Shown here: positions 11,020 through 20,131 of the stretch, one piece after another | Layout: every line of letters starts with the position of its first letter | Position numbering within the stretch: the stretch's first letter is position 1 | Assembly (NCBI GenBank): GCA_045614145.1 | Contig: JAZLCH010000010.1 | Span: 82,489-146,488 of the forward strand | Reading direction: 5' to 3' | DNA: 64,000 nucleotides | DNA from: Candidatus Enterousia sp. | GTDB lineage: Bacteria; Pseudomonadota; Alphaproteobacteria; Rs-D84 | Position numbers and translations under genes: made by a program | The notes under the pieces: model-generated | Told to the model about the DNA's origin: nothing | The model's input: only the letters and a program-made list of their open reading frames with translations | The model's database searches: none

Positions 11020-11790
11020 ATGAGCGGAAGTGATTATCTACACAATATTTTGATTAAAAAGGCATGCTGTTCCGAGACAGATCGGTTAAACCAATACAAT
11101 TTGGTAAAAAGAGAACTTATACCGATAATAAACCAATGGTCGGCTGGGTATTTAGAAGAAGTTTTTCAATCGGGTTCTTCTGCTAAAGGGACAGCAATTA
11201 AAGGCAAATCAGATGTGGATGTTTTTATATCCATAAAGTCTTCGTGTGATGCTACATTACAAAGAATGTACGAAACGCTTGGAGAAGCTGTCAGACGGGC
11301 TGGATACAATATACGTTATCAAAATGTTTCAATTGGCTTAAAAATAGGTAATATAGACGTGGATTTAGTGCCAGGAAAAAAAGACCCAGGCAATACAAAT
11401 TATCATAAGTTATATGTATCGAAAAAGCAGAGTTGGAGACAAACAAATGTGAAGCTTCAAATACAGAATATTAAAAATTCTCAACGTGCAAAATTTATAC
11501 AGCTTACAAAGATATGGCGAGATTGCCATAGGTTAGATTTTCCGTCCATGAATATAGAACTTATAGTTCTTGAGGCATTAAAAGGCTATCCGTACGATAT
11601 AAGTTTATCAGAGGGTTTTTTACAGGTTTTGAGATACATAGAAGACAAAATCTTATATGCATATCTAATAGACCCAGGCAATTCTGCAAATATCGTTTCT
11701 GATGATATGGCTAGTCAAGAAAAAATAGCTGTACAGCAGCAGGCTCGCAATAGCTTATCCCAACAATACTGGGGAGGTATAATATGGTGA
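11020..11790 (+). CDS. CBASS cGAS/DncV-like nucleotidyltransferase (CD-NTase)
   Basis: QSGSSAKGTAIKGKSDVDVF (GS..DxD), QNVSIG, DVDLVP, DPGNSAN; overlaps the NucC gene. Confidence 0.9.
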   Translation: MSGSDYLHNILIKKACCSETDRLNQYNLVKRELIPIINQWSAGYLEEVFQSGSSAKGTAIKGKSDVDVFISIKSSCDATLQRMYETLGEAVRRAGYNIRYQNVSIGLKIGNIDVDLVPGKKDPGNTNYHKLYVSKKQSWRQTNVKLQIQNIKNSQRAKFIQLTKIWRDCHRLDFPSMNIELIVLEALKGYPYDISLSEGFLQVLRYIEDKILYAYLIDPGNSANIVSDDMASQEKIAVQQQARNSLSQQYWGGIIW

Positions 11791-12494
11791 CATTAACGGA
11801 TTTGTTTCTTAGCAAACAACAAGAAATGCAGGCAAGTCTCAGAACCTCGTTATCTCATTGTGTTGCGCAGGGTGATAATTCTGAAGAAACGTGGAAACAG
11901 TTTTTTAAGAAGTATTTGCCTGCTAGGTATGCGTGCGACAAGGGTTTTATAATCGATAGCGACAACCATTTAAGTGATCAAATAGACCTGATTGTTTATG
12001 ATAATTATTTTTCGCCGTTCTTTTTTAATCATGGAGGGAATACATATATTCCCGCAGAAAGTGTGTATGCGGTATTTGAAATAAAACCAACTCTAAATAA
12101 AAAAAATTTTAATTACGCAAAGGATAAAGCGTCATCTGTCAGATGTTTAAAAAGAACGAGTGCATCAGTCGTCGCCAATGGAAAAAAGTGTAAGGGGCGG
12201 CAACAATTTCCTATAATCGCAGGCATCTTAACAAATACAAGTTCTTGGGAAAGCGTATTGCCAAATCAGGTAGCAGATCCTGCTGCGGACGATTTTATAG
12301 ATTTGTGTTGTTCGGCAGATGGGTATAGCTGGACAGTACGACAAACTGAAGATGGATACAAATATATAAAAAACACACATAGAGGCGAAAGCTTATTGGC
12401 GTTTTTAATGGAGTTGCTACATCAACTTCAGAAAAGAGGAACTGCGGCAGCATTAGATATTCCAAAATATTTTGATGGTTTTGAAGCAAAGTGA
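11784..12494 (+). CDS. nucC: CBASS effector endonuclease, NucC family
   Basis: GDNSE..W..YLP.RY, QIDLIVYD..SPF, IPAESVYAVFEIK, K.SSVR.LKRTS. Confidence 0.9.
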   Translation: MVTLTDLFLSKQQEMQASLRTSLSHCVAQGDNSEETWKQFFKKYLPARYACDKGFIIDSDNHLSDQIDLIVYDNYFSPFFFNHGGNTYIPAESVYAVFEIKPTLNKKNFNYAKDKASSVRCLKRTSASVVANGKKCKGRQQFPIIAGILTNTSSWESVLPNQVADPAADDFIDLCCSADGYSWTVRQTEDGYKYIKNTHRGESLLAFLMELLHQLQKRGTAAALDIPKYFDGFEAK

Positions 12495-12503
12495 AAATAA
12501 GAA

Positions 12504-12875
12504 ATGACCACAATACTATTATCCATTAAACCGCAATTTGTTGAAAAAATACTTTCCGGTGATAAGTGTTTTGAATTCAGAAAGCGCATCCCAAATAAGA
12601 CAATTGATAAAATTTTGATATACAGTTCTTATCCGGTGTGCACTGTTGTAGGAGAGGCAGAAGTTCTAAATATAATATCTACATCGCCAAAAAAGCTGTG
12701 GGAAGAAACTAAAAATCAATCGGGAATTGATTCTGAGTTCTTTTTCAAATATTTTACCGGCAAGGATACAGCATACGCATATAAGTTGGGCAAAATTACA
12801 AAATATACAACAGCAAGGAAACTGAGTGATTTTGGGATAAAATGCGCCCCTCAGTCATTTGTTTACATAAAGTAA
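12504..12875 (+). CDS. ASCH (PUA-like) domain protein
   Basis: ILLSIKPQFVEKILSGDKCFEFRKR (GxKxxExR), IYSS.P, APQSFVY. Confidence 0.88.
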   Translation: MTTILLSIKPQFVEKILSGDKCFEFRKRIPNKTIDKILIYSSYPVCTVVGEAEVLNIISTSPKKLWEETKNQSGIDSEFFFKYFTGKDTAYAYKLGKITKYTTARKLSDFGIKCAPQSFVYIK

Positions 12876-12876
12876 A

Positions 12877-13842
12877 TTACCATTCTACATCGATGTAAAA
12901 CATATCAGCTGGTTGACCAAGCAACTGTATATCGAATTTCAAGCTTGGTTCTACAATCGTGCTGGCACTGTGTATTCTGAAAGATATCGCCCAACCATTG
13001 TCCATTGTTAACACGATGGTCGTTTTAGAACCGGGTTTATATGCTAATTCAATGATTCTTGTAGGTAGTTTGATTTTTGGGATGCTAATCTGCGGTTTAG
13101 ACACTTTAGATGACTGGTTTAGGGTGCCGCATACATTAAATGGCATTACTGTGGTTTTATGATCGTTATGGTGGATTAGTTTATAATAATCTTTGCCATT
13201 TGACCCCAGTAGATATGCGATTATTCCGGATGTAACTTTATCATTATGCAGTTTGAATAGGCTATTAAACTCATCAATAAATGCATCTAAAACTGGCACA
13301 TAAACGCCATCTTGCTTATCTGGTAAATCTGACCACGCTACACCGTTATGTTTCAACTCTATAAGCCGGTTAAAAATTGGAGTTATATCAGAAAAATATT
13401 TGTCCGAGCACGGTAAACCAAACCATTCGTTCCCAAAATCAATATGTTGGGACAATCTGGAGTGTTTAAGAGCAGCATGATTATGTTTCACGGATATACC
13501 TATCTCCCATTTAATATCTCTGCGAATTATGATGACATCACGAATATCACCAGTTCTTGCAATATTATCTGGTTGTAAAAATATTGTCAACGCATCTCTT
13601 CCGTCTTCAATGATCTTTGGTTCCATTTGAATAATGACATCTATACCGGCTGCAGCTGATTTTAGCATATCTTGCTGAACTGTTTCTGTTACACATTCAA
13701 AACATTGTTTAGCTACCGCAAAGCTGGAGTTTTCTTCAATCGTCACAGGACGGATCTTGGAAACCTTATCATGTATTGTTTGCAAACATGCGTATTCGTA
13801 TGCCTTGCCCATAATCATTGATTGTTCGGTGGATCTGTTCAT
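12877..13842 (-). CDS. Type II restriction endonuclease, HaeIII family (GGCC inferred)
   Basis: [43 protein letters not shown]; coupled to an M.HaeIII-like MTase. Confidence 0.85.
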   Translation of the reverse strand: MNRSTEQSMIMGKAYEYACLQTIHDKVSKIRPVTIEENSSFAVAKQCFECVTETVQQDMLKSAAAGIDVIIQMEPKIIEDGRDALTIFLQPDNIARTGDIRDVIIIRRDIKWEIGISVKHNHAALKHSRLSQHIDFGNEWFGLPCSDKYFSDITPIFNRLIELKHNGVAWSDLPDKQDGVYVPVLDAFIDEFNSLFKLHNDKVTSGIIAYLLGSNGKDYYKLIHHNDHKTTVMPFNVCGTLNQSSKVSKPQISIPKIKLPTRIIELAYKPGSKTTIVLTMDNGWAISFRIHSASTIVEPSLKFDIQLLGQPADMFYIDVEW

Positions 13843-14828
13843 TCGGTTAAATCCTCCATAATCTGTTTTGCAATTTCAAAAGCTAGATTGACAGGAACTG
13901 CATTGCCAATCATTTTGTATCCCACAGCAACATCGGTATATTCAAAAATGAAGTCATCAGGGAAAGTTTGGATTCTTGCACATTCACGAACAGAAAGGCG
14001 GCGATAAGCAGATTCTTGTCCCTTTACAAACTCGAATTTATCTGTGCTTGCTTTTTGCATTGCTGGTGCGCTGGGATGTAATGGTGCCTGGCGACCACCT
14101 GCCTGAATAGTGAATGAAGGCTCATTCCAACCCCTTACACGATTTCGTGACATAAATATAGAAGACCAGCCACCGATCATGTATTCGTGATTAGGAATTT
14201 GCAATTCTCCATTGGTCTTGTTCTTTTCTTTTGCCGGAATTGCAGTCGGCAAATCGCCAATCGCATCTTTCAGGGTTGGCTTATATTCTTTTGGTGCAGG
14301 AAACACAAATTTCTTCTTAAGATCTTTACGATATCCAATTATGATAACCCTTTTGCGGTTTTCTGGAACGTTATAATCATTAGCATCAACCAACTGCCAG
14401 AATATGTCGTATCCGCAATCTTCAAACTCTTTTAGAAAACCTTGAAATGCCTCAGCGTGTTTCGGATGTAATATACCAGCTACATTTTCTACCAAGAAAA
14501 ATTTCGGTTGTTTTACCTTCAAAATACGAATGTAATCGTAAAACAATTGTCCGCGTTTATCTTCTATGCCGCGTCTTGCACCAGCTTCCGACCAACTTTG
14601 GCACGGGGGACCTCCAATAATACCAATAGAATCAGGAATTTCACTGGCGTCAACATCAGTAATGCTGCGTCTATCCAATTTTGTGTGTGGAAAATTGCGC
14701 TCAAATGTTGCCCATATTGTTTTATCAAATTCGTTAGCCCATATGGTATGAAAGCCGGCTTTTTCAAACCCTAAATCCAAACCGCCAGCACCACTAAAAA
14801 AAGACACAACACTAAAATCTTTCAACAT
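13839..14828 (-). CDS. DNA (cytosine-5)-methyltransferase, M.HaeIII-like
   Basis: [18 protein letters not shown]; [26 protein letters not shown] closely resembles M.HaeIII; YKMIGNAVP. Confidence 0.93.
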   Translation of the reverse strand: MLKDFSVVSFFSGAGGLDLGFEKAGFHTIWANEFDKTIWATFERNFPHTKLDRRSITDVDASEIPDSIGIIGGPPCQSWSEAGARRGIEDKRGQLFYDYIRILKVKQPKFFLVENVAGILHPKHAEAFQGFLKEFEDCGYDIFWQLVDANDYNVPENRKRVIIIGYRKDLKKKFVFPAPKEYKPTLKDAIGDLPTAIPAKEKNKTNGELQIPNHEYMIGGWSSIFMSRNRVRGWNEPSFTIQAGGRQAPLHPSAPAMQKASTDKFEFVKGQESAYRRLSVRECARIQTFPDDFIFEYTDVAVGYKMIGNAVPVNLAFEIAKQIMEDLTE

Positions 14829-14959
14829 TTTCCTTCCCTTTGGGTTTCTCTCAAAGGGTGGAATAATTAAACCACGAAATTGTTGTTACACAAAAACAAT
14901 TGCTGAAAGCGGTTGATTTTCGCGGTTTTTTTATTTACAATTCTAGAACAATTAAAGGG

Positions 14960-15556
14960 TCATTTTCTGCTTTCAAGAAATCGCGAAATTGTGGGCGGGC
15001 TGACCTGGATAGTTCTGGCAATTTTTCGTTTGGAAAATCCTGCTGAATACATATCTAAAATCAGATTTTCGTGACCATCAATGATATGATACGCGTTCTT
15101 TTGACCATTTGGACGGCCTAATTTTACACCGCGTAATTGTAGTGCTGCCAATGCCTCTTTGGTGCGCTGGGCGATAAGATTGCGCTCAATCTCGGCGGAT
15201 AGCCCAAACGCAAATGCTAACACTTTGGATTGTATGGTGTCGCCCAATTCATAGCCGTCTTTAACGGTATAAAGCCGCGCACCGATTTTCATACAATGTT
15301 CTAGTATTCGCATAATCATGAACATTTTTCGTCCCAGGCGCGAAAGTTCGCTGCATATTATAACGTCTCCCGGATTTAAATGTCGTAAAACACCGCCCAA
15401 TGCACGTTGTTCCGGTTCTTTGGTACCAGATATGCCAGCGTCTTCAATATATTTATCAATACAAAGTCCCAATGCCCCGGCTTTGGATTCAATGCCCAGT
15501 TTTTGATTTTCACAGTCCTGTTTGTCGGTAGAAACCCGAATATACCCATATATCAC
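14960..15556 (-). CDS. Serine recombinase (resolvase/invertase) with C-terminal HTH
   Basis: YGYIRVSTDKQ, SELSRLGR, AEIER.LI.QRTKEAL, GVKLGRP; GTG start. Confidence 0.93.
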   Translation of the reverse strand: MIYGYIRVSTDKQDCENQKLGIESKAGALGLCIDKYIEDAGISGTKEPEQRALGGVLRHLNPGDVIICSELSRLGRKMFMIMRILEHCMKIGARLYTVKDGYELGDTIQSKVLAFAFGLSAEIERNLIAQRTKEALAALQLRGVKLGRPNGQKNAYHIIDGHENLILDMYSAGFSKRKIARTIQVSPPTISRFLESRK

Positions 15557-15709
15557 AATAAACTCCTTTTGTTTGTTCTATATGCCGTAGATTTCATTTT
15601 ATTCAAGTAAAAATAATGTTGATATTACCCTTGTTTTTACTAAATGTCGTATTATTAAACTGGATGTTTGCGCTGGTTGTGCTTTGTTTGTTCTAAAAAA
15701 GGAGTAAGC

Positions 15710-16879
15710 ATGACATTAAAAGAAACAATCAACAACCTAGAAATACAGATAATCAAGGATAAACAGCAACTTCTTCGCCTAGAGCGGGAATTAAATAAAA
15801 ATCAACAACTAACAATAAAAATCTTGCAACAAATTTGTCAGCAAATGCAAATGACACAAAAAACACAGTATACCGAGCGGTTATCAATTGGTGAGGTGCT
15901 GGAACGTTACAGAATAAAAAACGGAATAGACAGCGAGGAGACCAAGCGTAAATGCAAAACTATAGCATATTATTCAAATAAAGCAGGCTTAGAATTGAAA
16001 TGCGAGTATACAAAATTTCATAAAGATGTAATTTTGTTGAAAATATTTAATGAAATATCAGATAGAAAAGATATAAAGGGGGATCAGAAAGCAAAGCATG
16101 CTAGATGGATTGTTAGTTTTGTAAAATTTGCAGTATTTGCATATCCTGACCTGTATAAAACAGATGTGCTGGTTGGACTTCCATCTATGAAAAAAACACC
16201 CAAAAGCGCCAAATGTCCTCATACACCATATACAGATGAACAATTGAAGTCTATTTTTGACCCGAATAAGAAATTCTTTTACTATAATCCAGAGATTTTT
16301 TGGGGGTGTATGATAGCATTATTTACTGGCGCAAGAAAAAATGCAGCATTTACATTACAATACAAAGATATAATTCTAAAAGATGGTATTTGGTGTATAA
16401 ATTTCATAGAAGACAGTCCAGGAATTAAACAATTAAAAACAGAAGAGTCTGAGCGAATAGTACCAATTCATTCGGCGCTTTTGAAAATGGGTTTCTTAGA
16501 ATACATCAATAAAAAACATAAAAATAATGATCAAGATTTTATCTTTAAAAAGACATGCTTGACCTCCAAAGGCAATCTAAATCCTCACATTACTAGGAAC
16601 TTTTTTATATACCTAAAAGATATCGGTGTAAAAAATCCAGAATATGGAAGGTTTGATTTTCATTCATTCCGTAAAAATGCAAACATTATGATGGAAAAAT
16701 GCGGGATACTCCGCCCCTATATAGATAAGATTATCGGTTGGATGAGTCGTGGTAGCGAGGGCGAAAGATCATATTCAAATTACTCTATAAAACAAGTGTC
16801 GGAACAATTAGAATTATTACGCTACGATTGTCTTAAAACGGAATTTAAGAGATGGCAAAAGATAATGTCTAAGATATAA
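15710..16879 (+). CDS. Tyrosine recombinase/integrase
   Basis: FTGARK (R), LKT (K), FHSFRK (HxxR), IIGW, RSYS (Y); N-terminal coiled coil; GGAG RBS before ATG 15710. Confidence 0.9.
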   Translation: MTLKETINNLEIQIIKDKQQLLRLERELNKNQQLTIKILQQICQQMQMTQKTQYTERLSIGEVLERYRIKNGIDSEETKRKCKTIAYYSNKAGLELKCEYTKFHKDVILLKIFNEISDRKDIKGDQKAKHARWIVSFVKFAVFAYPDLYKTDVLVGLPSMKKTPKSAKCPHTPYTDEQLKSIFDPNKKFFYYNPEIFWGCMIALFTGARKNAAFTLQYKDIILKDGIWCINFIEDSPGIKQLKTEESERIVPIHSALLKMGFLEYINKKHKNNDQDFIFKKTCLTSKGNLNPHITRNFFIYLKDIGVKNPEYGRFDFHSFRKNANIMMEKCGILRPYIDKIIGWMSRGSEGERSYSNYSIKQVSEQLELLRYDCLKTEFKRWQKIMSKI

Positions 16880-16951
16880 AAAATTCGATTATTTAACTAG
16901 ATATTCCATTTTTTGTTGGCATTGTTGTGTTGAAAAAACAAGAGGCACAAC

Positions 16952-17485
16952 ATGACAACGATAAACAAGCAACACGGGTTCTATGGTGCGCTGGTGGCAC
17001 GCTATGACAGTCCGGTCCACCGACAGGAAATCTGGGACATAGCGATTAAACGCCTGGGGCAAATTCACCCCGAAAAGTCCGCTGATGAAATCATGGAATT
17101 TCTAAACGGGCGTGCCGGGCGACACCTGGCTGACGAGATATTCGACGGCCCCGGCACCCTGAGTTATGGGGTGGCGATGCTGCGTGTGGCAATGCTGAAC
17201 AAACTAAAAATGACCAAGTGGTGGGCGTATCACACCGGCACAACACCACGCCCCATCACGGTGGACAAGCGCTTGCTGTACCGGTCTGCAATCAAGAACG
17301 AAATGCGCAACCGACGCATCCGCAAATTGCTGGACGGTGCGCTGGCCTGTGCCCAGGACGGCGTATGGCAGACCCCAGAAATGTGGTTAAAATCAGACCT
17401 GACAGGGCTGGACGAACTGGAATTGATGTGGGGGCATATTCAACAACACTTGAAAACCAAAGGTGTCGCACATGGAAACGATTGA
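16952..17485 (+). CDS. Hypothetical protein (mobile-element core)
   Basis: 177-aa ORF with GAGG RBS, overlapping the next ORF. Confidence 0.7.
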   Translation: MTTINKQHGFYGALVARYDSPVHRQEIWDIAIKRLGQIHPEKSADEIMEFLNGRAGRHLADEIFDGPGTLSYGVAMLRVAMLNKLKMTKWWAYHTGTTPRPITVDKRLLYRSAIKNEMRNRRIRKLLDGALACAQDGVWQTPEMWLKSDLTGLDELELMWGHIQQHLKTKGVAHGND

Positions 17486-17741
17486 TACGCTGGAACGGAA
17501 ACTGCACACCGCCCGACAACAAGCATGCAACGCTAAATACCCAACGGGGCTGATAGTTGATCTGAACGGGCCAGCCGGCAATATCTTCTATCTTATGGGC
17601 ATGTGTAATCGGCTGGTACGGGAACTGCAATTAAGGCCCGCTGAACGCCAAGAATTTGAAACCGAACTATATGCCACCAGGGACTATCAATCCCGACTGG
17701 CTGTCATGCAAAAATGGTTCGGCATTGTGTTTGTGGAATAA
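17472..17741 (+). CDS. Small phage-type hypothetical protein
   Basis: DLNGPAGNIFYLMG resembles the G(P)DGNAF motif of small phage proteins; AAGG RBS. Confidence 0.65.
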   Translation: METIDTLERKLHTARQQACNAKYPTGLIVDLNGPAGNIFYLMGMCNRLVRELQLRPAERQEFETELYATRDYQSRLAVMQKWFGIVFVE

Positions 17742-17834
17742 AATCTAGATAGACTTGTATAAGATTATCCAAATATATTTTCTTACTTTATTGCTTTTTC
17801 TTGATTTTTATGGATTATAAGGTATGATTTCTGT

Positions 17835-18287
17835 ATGAAAAATAATAATCGACGTGTTATTCTTAACCGTTTTTCTGAAGAATTAGACAATGAGACAAAG
17901 TGGACACGGGCACGCGTTGAGGCACAAATTTACTCTGCGGTCATCCTTGCTATTCAGATGGATAAAAACGACAAAACACGTCAACACATGTTGGCAACAT
18001 GGCCGGCGGAATGTTCCGTTCGATATGAATGGTTTGAATCTGTTATTGCAGACGTTAAATTGCCCCCAAATATAGCCCCCTTTGATAACACACACGATAA
18101 TTTTTATAATGTTTTGGTGCATTGGTTAGATTCTGTGGACAGTGTCACAGATAGAAAATTATTGATTCTGCATTCAATCGGTTTATCAATGAATAAACTC
18201 AGCAAAAAGACTGGGCTGTTACGTCAGACCGCCAGTCGTCGTTACACCAACGCAATCGATGCGCTGGTTTGGAAATTAAACCACTAA
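17835..18287 (+). CDS. Putative transcription regulator with C-terminal sigma-4/Q-like HTH
   Basis: WLDSV...DRKLL...GLSMNKLSKKTGLLRQTASRRY..AIDAL pattern. Confidence 0.6.
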   Translation: MKNNNRRVILNRFSEELDNETKWTRARVEAQIYSAVILAIQMDKNDKTRQHMLATWPAECSVRYEWFESVIADVKLPPNIAPFDNTHDNFYNVLVHWLDSVDSVTDRKLLILHSIGLSMNKLSKKTGLLRQTASRRYTNAIDALVWKLNH

Positions 18288-18293
18288 ACAAAC

Positions 18294-18348
18294 TAACCTG
18301 TATACTTATACCGTACCTTTTTATACCTTAAGTAACCTAAACTAACTT
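18294..18348. repeat. Phased ~10-bp repeats upstream of the excisionase
   Basis: TAACCT, ATACTT, GTACCT, ATACCT, TAACCT, TAACTT at 18294, 18302, 18313, 18323, 18333, 18343. Confidence 0.55.
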
Positions 18349-18447
18349 AATTTCCTTTTTGTCGCAAAAACGTGCATTGCGCACGGTTATTTTTTATGCA
18401 TATATCTTTACATAGACCCATCAAAACCCGAAACAAAAGGACAAACC

Positions 18448-18657
18448 ATGACAACAATACTATCCAAGGACGAATATATGACGGAACGTGCGCTGGCTGA
18501 AATGTGGGGATTGAAACGCAATACTTTACAAAAATGGCGCAGCACCGGTGTTGGACCAAAATTTCTAAAACGTGTTGGTCGCATTGTATATCGGAAACAA
18601 GATATAGCTGAATTTGAACAAAACAACATATTCCAGCGTACAAGCGACAAGCAATAG
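18448..18657 (+). CDS. Excisionase/AlpA-type HTH protein
   Basis: TERALAEMWGLKRNTLQKWR..GVGPKFLK..RIVY. Confidence 0.88.
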   Translation: MTTILSKDEYMTERALAEMWGLKRNTLQKWRSTGVGPKFLKRVGRIVYRKQDIAEFEQNNIFQRTSDKQ

Positions 18658-18666
18658 GAAACGGTT

Positions 18667-19248
18667 ATGAAACGGCTGGCCAATCCGAAATGGGCGCTTT
18701 TATTGGAAAATATATCACGCGAAGAACGCGGCGACATATTTATGGCGATTTTGAAATACCCCGACATGGAATGTTCAAGCGCTGTGTGGCCATTTATAAA
18801 AGCCGAACTAGATGAAGACGATATTAAATACAAAGCCAAATGTGAACGACTGGCCACGAACAGATTGGCACGTTGGGGCGAACAGAATTCATCAGACATC
18901 AAACAGACATTATCAGATATCAGACATAAATCAGATGCAATAGCAAATAGCAAGTACAGTACAGACACAATAAAACAAAGCAAGGAAATACATACTCATA
19001 CTAATGATTTGCTTCAAAAATTAGCAACTTCTTTTAACCCATCACGAGAGCCAAAACATCACATAGACAACGAATTTTCACTGTCAAAAATCATTGAACG
19101 AAACCCAAAGTTGTTTCCAATATTCAACGAATTTACACCGGAACAACTGGAACGCGGGCAAATATCATTGAAACGCAAATGCATGGGACAAGATAAAACG
19201 ATGGCACAAATCATAGGATGGATAAGGAATGAAGGAAATTTCACATAA
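18667..19248 (+). CDS. Putative replication initiator-like protein
   Basis: Follows xis; EERG.IF.AI..Y...FIK..LD.D..KY...CE...N...RW N-terminal pattern of phage replication organisers; internal DNA repeats. Confidence 0.55.
   Translation: MKRLANPKWALLLENISREERGDIFMAILKYPDMECSSAVWPFIKAELDEDDIKYKAKCERLATNRLARWGEQNSSDIKQTLSDIRHKSDAIANSKYSTDTIKQSKEIHTHTNDLLQKLATSFNPSREPKHHIDNEFSLSKIIERNPKLFPIFNEFTPEQLERGQISLKRKCMGQDKTMAQIIGWIRNEGNFT
18893..18938 (+). repeat. Iteron-like repeats inside the rep gene (candidate ori)
   Basis: CAGACAT 18893, CAGACAT 18904, CAGATAT 18914, CAGACAT 18921, CAGATGC 18932. Confidence 0.55.
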
Positions 19249-19257
19249 AAACATAAT

Positions 19258-19301
19258 AGGTTCTGTGACGACTTTTCGCATTGAGGGTAACGGCGACCCC
19301 G
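19258..19301 (+). other. Candidate cos-like packaging site
   Basis: AGGTTCT followed by GGGTAACGGCGACCCCG just upstream of terS, resembling lambda cosQ (GGGTCCT) / cosN (GGGCGGCGACCT). Confidence 0.45.
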
Positions 19302-19361
19302 ACACTTGCCCAGCGACAGAAATAAAAAAACGGTGAACGGTGAACACTAAAAGGGGTAACG

Positions 19362-19841
19362 ATGTTATTATCAAGAAGAGAATATGCAGCGCATCGCGGG
19401 ATTGCGGTGTCCGCAGTCCAAAAGGCGATTGAGACGGGACGAATAACACTAATAGACGGGAAAATAGACCCCGAAAAGGCGGATAAAGAATGGGCAGAGA
19501 ACACTAACCCAGCCTATAACACCCCGCGCACAAATGACAGTTCTTCAAATTCTTATCAAAGAAGCAAAGCAATGAAGTCGACATACGATGCAATGCTGAA
19601 AAAACTGGAATACGAAGAACGTGCAGGAAAGCTAATACTATTAGCACAAGCACAATCTGAGGCTTTTGCAGCAGCCCGATTTTCAAGGGATCAATTACTG
19701 ATGATTCCGCGACGTGTTGCACCGCGACTTATCGAACAAACAAACATTTCCGATATTGAGTATATCTTGACCCAAGAAATTACAGAGGCGTTAAGAAATT
19801 TATGCAACATATTACAAGGATACAAAGGAGAACAAAAATGA
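19362..19841 (+). CDS. Terminase small subunit (Nu1-like wHTH)
   Basis: SRREYAAHRG...AVQKAI..GRI...GKID...AD.EW; LEYEE..GKL; RDQLL.IP.R.A. Confidence 0.8.
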   Translation: MLLSRREYAAHRGIAVSAVQKAIETGRITLIDGKIDPEKADKEWAENTNPAYNTPRTNDSSSNSYQRSKAMKSTYDAMLKKLEYEERAGKLILLAQAQSEAFAAARFSRDQLLMIPRRVAPRLIEQTNISDIEYILTQEITEALRNLCNILQGYKGEQK

Positions 19842-20068
19842 CTCAAAACACAAAAACTGAAATCAAAACTGCATGGGATAAAACAGTTGCATTTTTAATA
19901 GAAAAATCAGACACAGTATCCGAAAACATCGCGGTGGAAATAATAGGAAAACCCAAAGATGAAATACATGCAATTTTAAGTCGCGCAATGACAGAATTTT
20001 GGGACATGGGCGAGCAATATTTCATACAAGAAATCCGCAAAAGCCAGCAAAAAACACAAGAATCTTGA
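19838..20068 (+). CDS. Hypothetical protein
   Basis: AGGAG RBS; ATGA overlap with the terS stop. Confidence 0.65.
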   Translation: MTQNTKTEIKTAWDKTVAFLIEKSDTVSENIAVEIIGKPKDEIHAILSRAMTEFWDMGEQYFIQEIRKSQQKTQES

Positions 20069-20131
20069 TAGTCTTATTCACTGGACTTGTGCGTTTTTAT
20101 TATCAATGTTGTGTGTAACAAAGGGCAATAT

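Noticed and set aside
19362-19841. Island TerS as the partner of the split TerL at 44875-49666
   Set aside because: The TerS is Nu1-like (cos/GpA type), whereas the split TerL belongs with a T7/BPP-1-type module; nothing in the sequence links them.
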